Shown: piece by piece, positions 1 through 8,750 of the stretch
Layout of the letters: each line of letters begins with the position of its first letter
Numbering within the stretch: the stretch's first letter is position 1
NCBI GenBank assembly: GCA_905250005.1
Contig: CAJNOH010000575.1
Coordinates: forward strand, 39,867 to 49,058
Length of the DNA stretch: 9,192 nucleotides
Origin: Rotaria sordida
Taxonomy: Eukaryota
Reading direction: 5' to 3'
The notes under the pieces: generated by a model
Databases searched by the model: none
Seen by the model: the letters and a program-made list of their open reading frames with translations, nothing else
Told to the model about the DNA's origin: nothing
Program-made: the position numbers and the translations under genes

Positions 1-100
1 GAAGTCATAGACTGCTTAAAAAATTTGGCAGATAGCTAGCTAACCAGAAAATTTTCACAGATACATCCGAAAAGTGGGAGGGGCTAGTCTACACCAGTCA

Positions 101-163
101 CTCCCACATCGAGAGCCATGTCCACACCAACACGCATACCCACACCCACCCACATCCACACCC
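101..163. repeat. C/A-rich low-complexity patch with CCCACA/TCCACA hexamers
   Basis: Exact CCCACA at 103-108, 139-144 and 149-154; TCCACA at 121-126 and 155-160. Confidence 0.6.
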
Positions 164-992
164 TCGAAGTAAATGGAAACAAGTTTTGTCGATTGGTATC
201 AGACGACTCGATGTGAAAATAGAAGTGATCAAGGAACTAGCCACTTTACCTTTAGAAATCCTAAAAAATAATGACTTTTGGAAATGAAGAACATGGTATG
301 TCATAGGTTTCGTCGATCCATCTCCTTATCTTTATATGTATAGTTGAATACACGGACGACTCACTTTTCTTTATTATCCATTTCGTGCATTTGTTCAAAG
401 TGCGTTCGATGAAGCTTCAGAATTGGTCTCGTTCCAATGCATTCTGAGTTATTCATCAAATAAAATCTTTAAGAATTCATTGAAAAGCAGAAAAAGAAAA
501 GAATGATATTTTATACATCTGATTGATTAATCGGGTTAAAAATATCTGTTTTTATGCAAGATTTTGTATATCGTGTCAAGTACCAATTCATACATTGAAA
601 TTGACCTCTAATCGATTAAATAAGAAATGTATGTCTAAGAAACCTGTTGATTAATTGTATTGATTACTAGAAAATATTGACAGATTGCTGTATCTAATTA
701 AGATCCGAAATCTAGATATTTCTTTTCGAATGCTTCTAAAACCATTACTAACATCGTCATTTCTGCATCAAACAGTTGAATGAATGAATATATTCGAGAC
801 CAATGTGATGCGATTCTTTGAAATCAGTTAATAGTGCGCACGTCGACTGTCAGTGGATGTATTGAAAGCTTTCTGAAAGGTTTCGAAATAGCTTGATTTC
901 ATCTCTATTACTGCATGAAAAGGTGTGATTGGCCGAGACCGCAGCATGAAAAAACCTGATTGGCGAGTATAAGCAGGCATTTTTTTACGTTT

Positions 993-1101
993 GATTCCAT
1001 AAGATTCTATGTGATTCCGTAAGGTTCTATGTGATTCTAAGCGATTCTGATTGATTCCGAGTGATTTCATTAATTCTGACTGATTCCAGCTGATTCCGAC
1101 C
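993..1101. repeat. Approximately 10-bp-period tandem array, consensus GATTCYNNNN, 11 units
   Basis: Units start at 993, 1003, 1013, 1023, 1033, 1043, 1053, 1063, 1073 (9 nt), 1082 and 1092. Eight of 11 begin with exact GATTC. Confidence 0.85.
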
Positions 1102-1114
1102 TCCAGAATCAGCT
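1088..1114. repeat. Perfect 9-bp inverted repeat (hairpin) followed by a T run
   Basis: AGCTGATTC (1088-1096), loop CGACCTCCA, GAATCAGCT (1106-1114), then further T residues. Confidence 0.7.
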
Positions 1115-1321
1115 TTTTCCCCCTTGGTATTAATATTCCAACAATAGAATGTATATAACTTGCTAAGGCAATAGTATTGAATATTAATTGCTAATATTGT
1201 TTGATATAATCAAAGTCCAACTAATCGAATGCCTCTCTATACATCAACAGATGAACAAGATCCATTGGAATTATATATTATCACTATTCATATATGGAAT
1301 ACATTTATATAACTAAATTAT

Positions 1322-1399
1322 AACTTAAACAAGTAGCTAAGATATCCTCGAAGAATAAACAACTTGAACAAGTAGCTAAAATATCTTTGAAAACTATCT
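1322..1399. repeat. Two-copy degenerate direct repeat, 39-bp unit
   Basis: aacttaaacaagtagctaagatatcctcgaagaataaac (1322-1360) and aacttgaacaagtagctaaaatatctttgaaaactatct (1361-1399). Confidence 0.75.
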
Positions 1400-1421
1400 C
1401 CAAGGGTTAATAGTCATTATT

Positions 1422-1613
1422 CATGAGGCTGAGTATATCAATAAATCAATCTTCAGATGTAGTCTATATTATATAATAATCCTCATCCATGAAGCTGATT
1501 ATATCAATAAACAATCGATCCTCGGATATAGTCTATCATCATCCGTGAAGCTGACTATATCAACAAATAACTTACCTAAATCGATCCTTGGATATAGTCT
1601 ATATTATTAGTCT
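1422..1613. repeat. Three-copy degenerate tandem repeat, about 56-70-bp unit
   Basis: Each unit starts with CRTGARGCTGANTATATCAAYAAA and contains GATNTAGTCTAT; starts at about 1422, 1488 and 1544. Confidence 0.8.
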
Positions 1614-1645
1614 ACAGTATCTTACTACCTTCTTCTTCTCCATAA

Positions 1646-2036
1646 GAACTAAATTGGATATTAGAGAACAATTTTCCCTCTTACGACAATGAAGAAGAAC
1701 TTGCCGCCGTTATTACTCGTCCTCAATCATTATCAACATTAACCAGCCCCTACATCTTCTCCGATATTAGTTCCTAGATTCTCTTCAACAGAAATACCAA
1801 TAGAACTAATTGATACATATGATTTTAATTATTCATCTCCATTATTTGATCTTCTGGATGTCAAAAAACAAATTCGCAATATAGATCCGGTTCATAATCA
1901 GTTCACTTTAGCTTTAATTGTAACCGATTGTAATTGTGAAAGAGAAGATATCGATTATGAAATCATCGTACTGTTGACGACTAAATACTACTTTTATTAT
2001 TTGTCCTTATGGAAGGATCAATTCATATTCAAATAA
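1646..2036 (+). pseudogene. Frameshifted coding-like fragment of unknown family
   Basis: The frame starting at 1646 reads ELNWILENNFPSYDNEEELAAVITRPQSLSTLT. Near the CCCC run at 1747-1750 the coding-like signal moves to another frame, open 1743-2036: PAPTSSPILVPRFSSTEIPIELIDTYDFNYSSPLFDLLDVKKQIRNIDPVHNQFTLALIVTDCNCEREDIDYEIIVLLTTKYYFYYLSLWKDQFIFK. It lacks an ATG, so it is absent from the ORF track. Confidence 0.35.
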
Positions 2037-2569
2037 TTTTGTTTTTTGTTTTTATAATGCAGAGTGTCCTGATGAGTGTTTATATTTCAATAAATAACAC
2101 GAAACGCGTCGGCAAAATCAAAAAACTCTGCATTTATCTGAACTTTTCTCAAGGCACTCTACTACAAGAATAACTGAAATTCGGCATACAATCGATTGCT
2201 GAAAAGCAAAAGTTGAGACTAGCCGATTAGTTTGTCTTTTCTTTAAAAGAGAGATTGATCTGTTTTTCACTTGATTTCTATTAGTTCCCGATACCACCAA
2301 TGAAGGCGCGAACATCCAAACAAACATTTAATGCTGTGAAGACTCATCCTTTCAGGATAGAGAACATCGAAAGCACGATTATGCTAATACCTACTCATCC
2401 GAAGATAATCGATCGGTTTTCCCTCCACTTCTATATCAAAATTTATTGGCATATATATATAATCATGAATATCTTTCATCAAGTGGTGGGTGAGGTATGA
2501 TGGTGTCAGGTTGAGCGAGTGAGGGATGCGGGTATCAGTGAAAAGGAGGCTTCCAAACACAGCGACACT

Positions 2570-3718
2570 TCAAGCACAATTCGCTCCAGTGAAAATGATA
2601 TAAGCAATTGTCTGATAAGGTGGCATAATGCTGAATGAATTTCCACGACCAGCCGAATCGGTTAAGCCTTGAATTAAATGAGAATGGATGCCATCATTAT
2701 CGAGGGTTATTCCAGTTTTTCCTACTGGAATATCATGCTGATGGTATCCATGTTCGCCGTAGAAGACGTTGGTGCCGTAGGCGACGGTATAGGCTTGGGG
2801 GTTTGAACTTAACCAACTGGATTTTTGGTAGTGTCGTTCCGTGTGACCTCCATGATTATGGCCTGGATCGTTGATCGTATGTGTGTGTGTCCCTGCATTG
2901 GTAGCGTGTAATGTACCAGCACTATGGTGATGAGTAGGCATTTGATCAATTGTGAGTATCTGTTCTTTATTTCCTCCTTTTTTCCAACCGTCTACCCCAC
3001 TGCCGATTGGATTGTGACCTAGTGGGAAACGGTCGCGAAAATCGGATACATTGAACGTTGTTTTTCCATCTCCAGCTCCGAATGATTCACCGATAACAGA
3101 AAAAAGACGTTGATATTCGGTGCGAGAGAGAGTTTGTCCGTGACAGAACACCCAATTACATGGTAGAGATGATGCTTCACCGAAGTACAGTTTTATTTCA
3201 CCTACCATAAAGTTTTGAGCCAGTTTTTGATTAAGGCGTGATTCAGCTTCGCTTATTGACGATTTTGTCACTTTCAAATCTGTCGTTAAATTTTTGTGCA
3301 ATTCGTCAACAACATTTGATAAGCGATGGTATGTTTCTTCAAGCCAGGTACCTGACGAAGGATGACGATATTTATATGGACAGCGAAGTGGTAAAGCATG
3401 TATGTTCATTCGAGTTTTCACAAGAACCGTATTGGAGAACAGCTTTGTGTTAGATGATAATGAGCCGAACTTGACGAGTACAACATCGATCGGTTTCGGT
3501 TTTATGATTTCACCTTCGAGTTCAACGTGCTCCGAAAAGTATCGAAGTAATTTTTCTGCATCTTTTCGTCGTAGGATTATTATCGTATTATTTCTTCTAT
3601 CATTATACGTGTCGTTTAATCGCCCCGTATCAAATATATAGTGAATTGTATCATCGTTCAGCTTATATTCCTTGTTCGTTTTCTCATTGAAAACATTGAC
3701 ATCCGCATTGGGTTTCAT
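2570..3718 (-). CDS. C-terminal half: tail-fibre-like protein with phage tail collar domain (382 aa)
   Basis: Collar motif at about aa 172-232, followed by a His-rich segment ending ...FSIMPPYQTIAYIIFTGANCA, which matches the conserved PPY/YIIK-like end of collar/short tail fibre proteins. Confidence 0.88.
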   Translation of the reverse strand: MKPNADVNVFNEKTNKEYKLNDDTIHYIFDTGRLNDTYNDRRNNTIIILRRKDAEKLLRYFSEHVELEGEIIKPKPIDVVLVKFGSLSSNTKLFSNTVLVKTRMNIHALPLRCPYKYRHPSSGTWLEETYHRLSNVVDELHKNLTTDLKVTKSSISEAESRLNQKLAQNFMVGEIKLYFGEASSLPCNWVFCHGQTLSRTEYQRLFSVIGESFGAGDGKTTFNVSDFRDRFPLGHNPIGSGVDGWKKGGNKEQILTIDQMPTHHHSAGTLHATNAGTHTHTINDPGHNHGGHTERHYQKSSWLSSNPQAYTVAYGTNVFYGEHGYHQHDIPVGKTGITLDNDGIHSHLIQGLTDSAGRGNSFSIMPPYQTIAYIIFTGANCA

Positions 3719-4921
3719 ATTTGCCTAGACCTTGCCTGCGAAATTGACTCCGGATTCATAACTGCCATGAGCACCAATATCAGTTGTACGCCTAGTATCT
3801 TTACCTGTTGCCGCTACGTGTCTTTTGAAGTCGTCAATTTTTAGTCTCTCATTAAGTTTTAAATCTTGTTTGAAAGCTTCGTCTCGCTGCGAATAATTGT
3901 AGCGAAATTTGTCTGAGTCTGTAGCATCTTGTTCTATAATTTTATTCAGTACATTCGATAACCGATCGGGTCGTGTTAACTCAGGCGTCCAATAAAGCGA
4001 TTCCCAAAATTGATCGCCGACTTGTATCATCCGTACTTGCTTATACTGCAGTTGACGATTGAGTATTTGATCGATTGAAACTGGATCTTGTATGCTTTTA
4101 AAACCTTCTTCAATTTGTAAATTTATTGTAATTTGGTCCATGGTTTCACTCAAGAGTTCTTTATAATCATTACCAGTCAAAGCGATGATCTCTTGATGAT
4201 TTGAAGGAAATTGAAATTTAATTTGATTGTACATCGACGTTTTCGTTACATGTTCGGTGGTCACTTCAAGAGTTCGAGCTGCTTTCTGTTGACCGTATAA
4301 TGAATAGTGAATTTCAAAATTTTGCAAACCGCAAACTGAGAGGATTGAATTTTTCAAGCTTTCACAAATGGACATATTAGACGTGTAGATAATGAACTCA
4401 ACCATTTGTAGAAGTTGTGTATTACTCTGCCAATCACTATTTAGCATGAATCTTTTTTGAGACTCTGATGTTCGACGTCTTTTTTCAACGAGACGGAGCG
4501 AGTGCATTGGTAAAAGTGAAACTTTACAATGTTCAGTATGACAAATACTTTGATGGGTTCTATTAATGTGACGCTCGATGGATTCGAGTAAATTCGTAGT
4601 ATAGAGCGAAACAATCATTTTGAGTTCCAAGGCTTCACTCATGTCATTGTAACTGCAAACAGTTAAATTCAGTTCGACATATGGAAATGGTGTAAAGAAA
4701 AAATTAGATGATTTTAGTTGATTTTGTAACAGAATGACTTCACCATCGTGGTATTTAAATCCACCGATATTAGTTGCTGGCAGTTTTTCTAACCATATAT
4801 TGTTATAAGTACTTTGTGTATTACTACCCGCGGTCGTAGAACGTTCAGAATCCTCTTGTGCAGCAGTGCCAAAGATCAGTGCTACCATGCCAAGAAAAAA
4901 TAACACAGGAAACCACTGCAT
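2570..4921 (-). CDS. Putative secreted phage tail collar domain protein; one continuous frame interrupted by a single in-frame TAG (possible pseudogene or readthrough gene)
   Basis: The 398-aa ORF (3725..4921) and the 382-aa ORF (2570..3718) share one reading frame; only TAG GCA AAT lies between the last sense codon (GTC) of the first and the ATG of the second. The N-terminus MQWFPVLFFLGMVALIFGTAAQ is signal-peptide-like. The C-terminal half contains VGEIKLYFGEASSLPCNWVFCHGQTLSRTEYQRLFSVIGESFGAGDGKTTFNVSDFRDRFPLGHNP, a classical phage tail collar signature. Confidence 0.85.
2675..2935 (-). other. Histidine-rich tip-like segment with HxH motifs
   Basis: aa 262-348 of the downstream half: THHHS, GTHTHT, GHNHG, YHQHD and IHSHL; 15 His in total, five HxH motifs, as in phage tail-fibre tip domains. 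Confidence 0.65.
3023..3205 (-). other. Phage tail collar domain (collar-like fold)
   Basis: GEIKLYFG...CNWVFCHGQTLSRTEYQRLFSVIGESFGAGDGKTTFNVSDFRDRFPLG matches the general pattern GEIxxF...P.GW.xCdGQ.L....Y..LF..iG..yG.GDG.TTF.lPDlRgRfp.G. Confidence 0.9.
3215..3313 (-). other. Predicted short coiled-coil/trimerisation segment before the collar domain
   Basis: NVVDELHKNLTTDLKVTKSSISEAESRLNQKLA has a rough heptad-like spacing of hydrophobics directly before the collar domain. Confidence 0.45.
3725..4921 (-). CDS. N-terminal half: signal peptide plus uncharacterised extracellular region (398 aa)
   Basis: Complete ORF on the minus strand with an in-frame stop just upstream of its ATG. Hydrophobic N-terminus, four N-glycosylation sequons (NLT, NRT, NMS, NYS) and five cysteines. 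No family recognised by eye. Confidence 0.75.
   Translation of the reverse strand: MQWFPVLFFLGMVALIFGTAAQEDSERSTTAGSNTQSTYNNIWLEKLPATNIGGFKYHDGEVILLQNQLKSSNFFFTPFPYVELNLTVCSYNDMSEALELKMIVSLYTTNLLESIERHINRTHQSICHTEHCKVSLLPMHSLRLVEKRRRTSESQKRFMLNSDWQSNTQLLQMVEFIIYTSNMSICESLKNSILSVCGLQNFEIHYSLYGQQKAARTLEVTTEHVTKTSMYNQIKFQFPSNHQEIIALTGNDYKELLSETMDQITINLQIEEGFKSIQDPVSIDQILNRQLQYKQVRMIQVGDQFWESLYWTPELTRPDRLSNVLNKIIEQDATDSDKFRYNYSQRDEAFKQDLKLNERLKIDDFKRHVAATGKDTRRTTDIGAHGSYESGVNFAGKV
4856..4921 (-). other. Predicted N-terminal signal peptide
   Basis: MQWFPVLFFLGMVALIFGTAAQ: hydrophobic core followed by small residues and then a polar, Ser/Thr-rich stretch. Confidence 0.75.
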
Positions 4922-5381
4922 TTTCTAACAACAGATAAAAAATTGTTTTGTATCTTTTTGGGTAATGATTCTGCGCAAAATATTCATATACTTCTAGTTG
5001 TCCAAAAGAAAACTACTCTGTCATGTAGAATGCGACAACACTACATCAGATAAATTGAAGTTGTATGATAACACATCACTAGTTTATAAATTCTCACTTA
5101 TTGATGACAGATAGTTGATCTTAGACACTTAGATAACGAAAACAATGAAATAATGTCCGCTTAGCAGTAGAAAACATGAATACTATACAATATTTGAGTC
5201 TTTTTTCTTTTATTTGATTTGACATCTAGCCAATTGGATATTATAAGATGTCGAACAATATAAACAGAAATATTCAAGCCTTCAAGTGTAGCTTTTTAAT
5301 GAACCAATGGATACTGCTACGAAACAAATATTAGACGTGCAGCATTTTCTTTAACGTGAATTTTAAGTTCAAGATTTCCCC

Positions 5382-5404
5382 TTTTTACCTATAGTAGGTA
5401 AAAA
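5382..5404. repeat. Perfect 10-bp inverted repeat with 3-nt loop
   Basis: TTTTTACCTA / TAG / TAGGTAAAAA. Confidence 0.75.
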
Positions 5405-8400
5405 ATAACTATTAACCGTTGAATTTAATGCTAAGTTTTGTCCCTTTTGGATTCTTAATTCCGATGATCTAGCTTTTCGTAATGATCATTAGCGAACTGC
5501 CGCTCATGTTTTCTGTTTCGTTCACAGTATGACACTCTTTAGTTAAGACTCTTCATATAGTTTTGGTGTTATTCAATCGTATTTGCATTAGTATTGACAA
5601 TATCTGAATTTGAAAACTAATCGCAGATAACGATTACGTGAGCAAGAGCTTTTTTTCGCAAGATAAAATGGCATCAAAGGATCGCATAGTTGTGTCACTT
5701 TCTCGCTTCCCTTCATCATCTTTTTGTCTTTTGATCACTGTCAAAAAATTAGCCTGCTTCTTTTATTGTCTTTTCCAACCTTTTAATTTCATAATGAATA
5801 TGCAAAAGTTAGTAGGATTTTTTTCTTGCTTCGTTAAATTGGTGAGTAAACATATAAATTTAAACTATAAATTTTATTAATAAACATTGAAAGTGAAATA
5901 ATAATTGAAGTCTTTTTTAAAGGCATGTCTATCTCAACTGAAGAAGAATTTGAAGGGTTTTTAAGAACAACAAAGCTTCTTAATTTGAACGTATCGGCTT
6001 GGAATATTAAAAAGAAAAAAATCGGGTTCAACCGAACTTTTTGGTATTTACGTCATTCTTTGACAGATGTTTTTGTCGCAAAAAATACTCATGAAGAAAG
6101 TCCTGATGTTGTTCAGTATCAACTTCTCGTACCTTGACTTGACTAACTAGAGAATATTTCAAGATGATCCGCTTCCTTTAACCCCATATTTTGCTCATGT
6201 GAAAGAGGTCATTAGAAATCTGTAATTCCCAAAGGATTCCTTCTCGTGTTTAGATTTGTTGGACATAACAACATTCTAGTAGATTCCTCCTGCTGGAGTC
6301 CAGTTTTCGAAAAAAAATCGTACCTTTGGAAATTCGACCTGAGACTTTGTACATATGGAAATCTTAGTTAGATTATCTCGAGTATCAAGTTTTGTTAGTT
6401 TTGTCTATCGTAATGCCAAGATGTAGACTTCTCAATATATTTACCGTTTGCTTCCTGTGCTGTGTAGGATAGGTATATATTGAGAAATCCATATCTTGAT
6501 AATGCGATACCCAAAACTGATGAAACTCGATACATGAGATAAGTCTAATTGAGACTTTCATGTGTCTACAAAGTCTTAAGATGAATTTCCAAAAAAGAAT
6601 TGTTTGAAAATTGGATTCTAGTAGGTGAAAAGAAGCCCCAGTATTAGCACTATTATATGGTAAAAAGGAACAGGTAATCTGTATGTTGGTTGGGAAACAA
6701 AACTTTGCATGACATCCGAAAATAGCTAGTATCAATGTTTAACTATCAATTAAGGTATTCGAAATGGGTCGAGCACTCCAGTGATAACAAAGCTGTGTAG
6801 TGTGCATATAACTTTGAGTCTTGCAACATAAAGTTACGCTCAAAATTTGATGTTTACGTATACTATTTTTGGACTGAGCCTAACTCGTTTTAGATGGAAC
6901 TATGGTGAAATACTTCATACGTATCTTTAGTTGGGCAACTGGGATATTTATGTGATTCTGCCAGTTTATAACCGAGTTTGAGTCTTGACCGTTTATGTAT
7001 GATTAACATTCAGAGCTCTATTAGATCTTATGACTATTGAATCGTTATCTGTGAAAGAAGGTTTTTGTCGACATTCTCATATTTTCCTTCAAGAGCAAGG
7101 CTCCTTCAAGAGTATTTTTATTGTCTTTGAAAAAAAAACTAAAGGTCTCTATATATATTAAAAAACTTGAGAGCCCTATTGTTCACAAGTTACAAGAGGT
7201 CTGCCGTTGTGTCCCTAAAAAATATCATTATCTTGATAGTTTCGATGACAGTTTGTAGTTAGAAGCTTTTTTGTCTATATACCATTAAGAAATGAATTTA
7301 CGTTAATTATCTTGCGCTCGTACAACGAAAAGAAACAGATCATACATGAGTGCAAAACAAAGAAAGATGTTCGTCCGTAAGAAGAGTATTCTTAGATCAA
7401 TACAGTCAGCCAGATCCTAAAAGCTTGACGCGATTTATAGTAATATTCGTCCTTCTCAATAATAAGATCAATCACTTCCAGTATTCCTCGTTTCAAATAG
7501 CTAAACAACAGAAAGACAGAAAAAGTTTAGTTCTTTGAATCAATATTATTTAAGTCAGCTGCTTAATTTTAGGTTTGATGAGTATAGATGAACTCCATTC
7601 ACAGTAAAATGTACTGCGAACTTAGTTATTAGTTCATCGTTTACTTGAGTAAATCTGATTATCGGTCAAAAAAGAGTTTATAGAAAAAGATGACTGTATC
7701 AACTTTATCTAATATGTTTAGCCTATTTTAAACCCCTCTCTGAACAATACTTTAGTATTTTTTCTCAAAAATGAAGTGAATTCTACACCTGAGCATGTGC
7801 CCTTAGACACATGTTTTGATCAGATAAGAATTTGATCTTCTGAATCAGGAACGCGCGATCGAATTCATGCTTAGAATACTTTGTCCGAACACGCATTTCA
7901 ACTATGTGACACACATTTATAATGAATGTGTTCTATTTGAAAAAGACTTCTTTTAAAGTAACATGTTCCATAATAGTCATGTTCAATAAATGTCAGAACT
8001 TACTTTTTTGCAAATAATAAAAGAAAAAGCTTTTCCGAGTTTTCTTCAAGAGGATACTGACAACGCTAACATGATGGACGCAAAATATCGTCCAGACCAA
8101 ACTTAAATATCAGCAGGTACAAAAGCGCTAAAAACCAAAAATAAATTGCAGGAATTATTTTAAAAAATTAATCGTGAGACTCGATCTCCTAATCTATATT
8201 TTTCTTCGTTTATCCTAGGAAAATTGGTTGATTATTTATGGGAAAAGATTCCTCTATTATAGGGAAGACTACTAAGTTGCTGATGACTTTATGTCATCCT
8301 TTCTGTTTAGAAAAACCTCACTGTTACGGAAATGGTGTTTTGGGATCAGAAATGGAATTAGAAAATTGTCTTATATTTATGAATGCTTTCTTTAAGGAGT

Positions 8401-8750
8401 CGATAAAAATATCAATTTCACGTCCAAGCGACTATTAGGATTTACACCAAAAGCCCAGAAAAGCACCTCGACAAAGTGAATACGAAAAGAAGATGTCATA
8501 CTGGTCGAGTACTTATATTTATCAAATAATTTGACTTTGATACATGACACTCTGAAACATCGAAATACGTTTTTGCTCGTATTTACATAAAAAATATTTT
8601 GAATATACAGAAACTAAGAGAGAGAAACGGAATTATACTGAAACTGAGATATTTTAGTGAGTTCAGGTACTAGACTCGCATCTGAACCCAAAATTATTAG
8701 GCCAAGCCTAAATCCAACTCACAAATGACTTGAATTTGGTAGATTTCTAG

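Noticed and set aside
98-304. Minus-strand 68-aa ORF with GCGCGWVWVCVLVWTW
   Set aside because: Low-complexity translation of the CA-rich patch; no domain signal.
828-1070. Minus-strand 80-aa ORF
   Set aside because: Largely overlaps the 10-bp GATTC array, so its reading frame is probably incidental.
2635-2874. Plus-strand ORF 2635..2874 (79 aa) containing RRRRRWCRRRRYR
   Set aside because: Antisense to the His-rich tip region; the arginine-rich composition is an artefact of the opposite-strand coding sequence.
3238-3641. Plus-strand ORFs 3238..3453 and 3402..3641 (71 and 79 aa)
   Set aside because: Antisense to the strong collar-domain coding region; they look like by-products of codon bias on the minus strand.
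3641-3844. Plus-strand ORF 3641..3844 across the stop junction
   Set aside because: Antisense overlap with the main locus and no recognisable motif.
5925-6137. Plus-strand ORF MSISTEEEFEGFLRTTKLL...
   Set aside because: Short, no recognised family and AT-rich; could be an exon but cannot be supported without homology or transcript data.
6385-6735. Minus-strand 116-aa ORF
   Set aside because: Composition looks random for AT-rich DNA, with no recognisable domain.
7350-7538. Plus-strand ORF containing SSVRRVFLDQYSQPDPKSLTRF, faintly like a transposase helix-turn-helix segment
   Set aside because: Begins with GTG rather than ATG, is very short, and the resemblance is too weak to claim a transposon fragment by eye.
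8238-8438. Plus-strand 66-aa ORF
   Set aside because: No family recognised and no supporting neighbouring exons identified.
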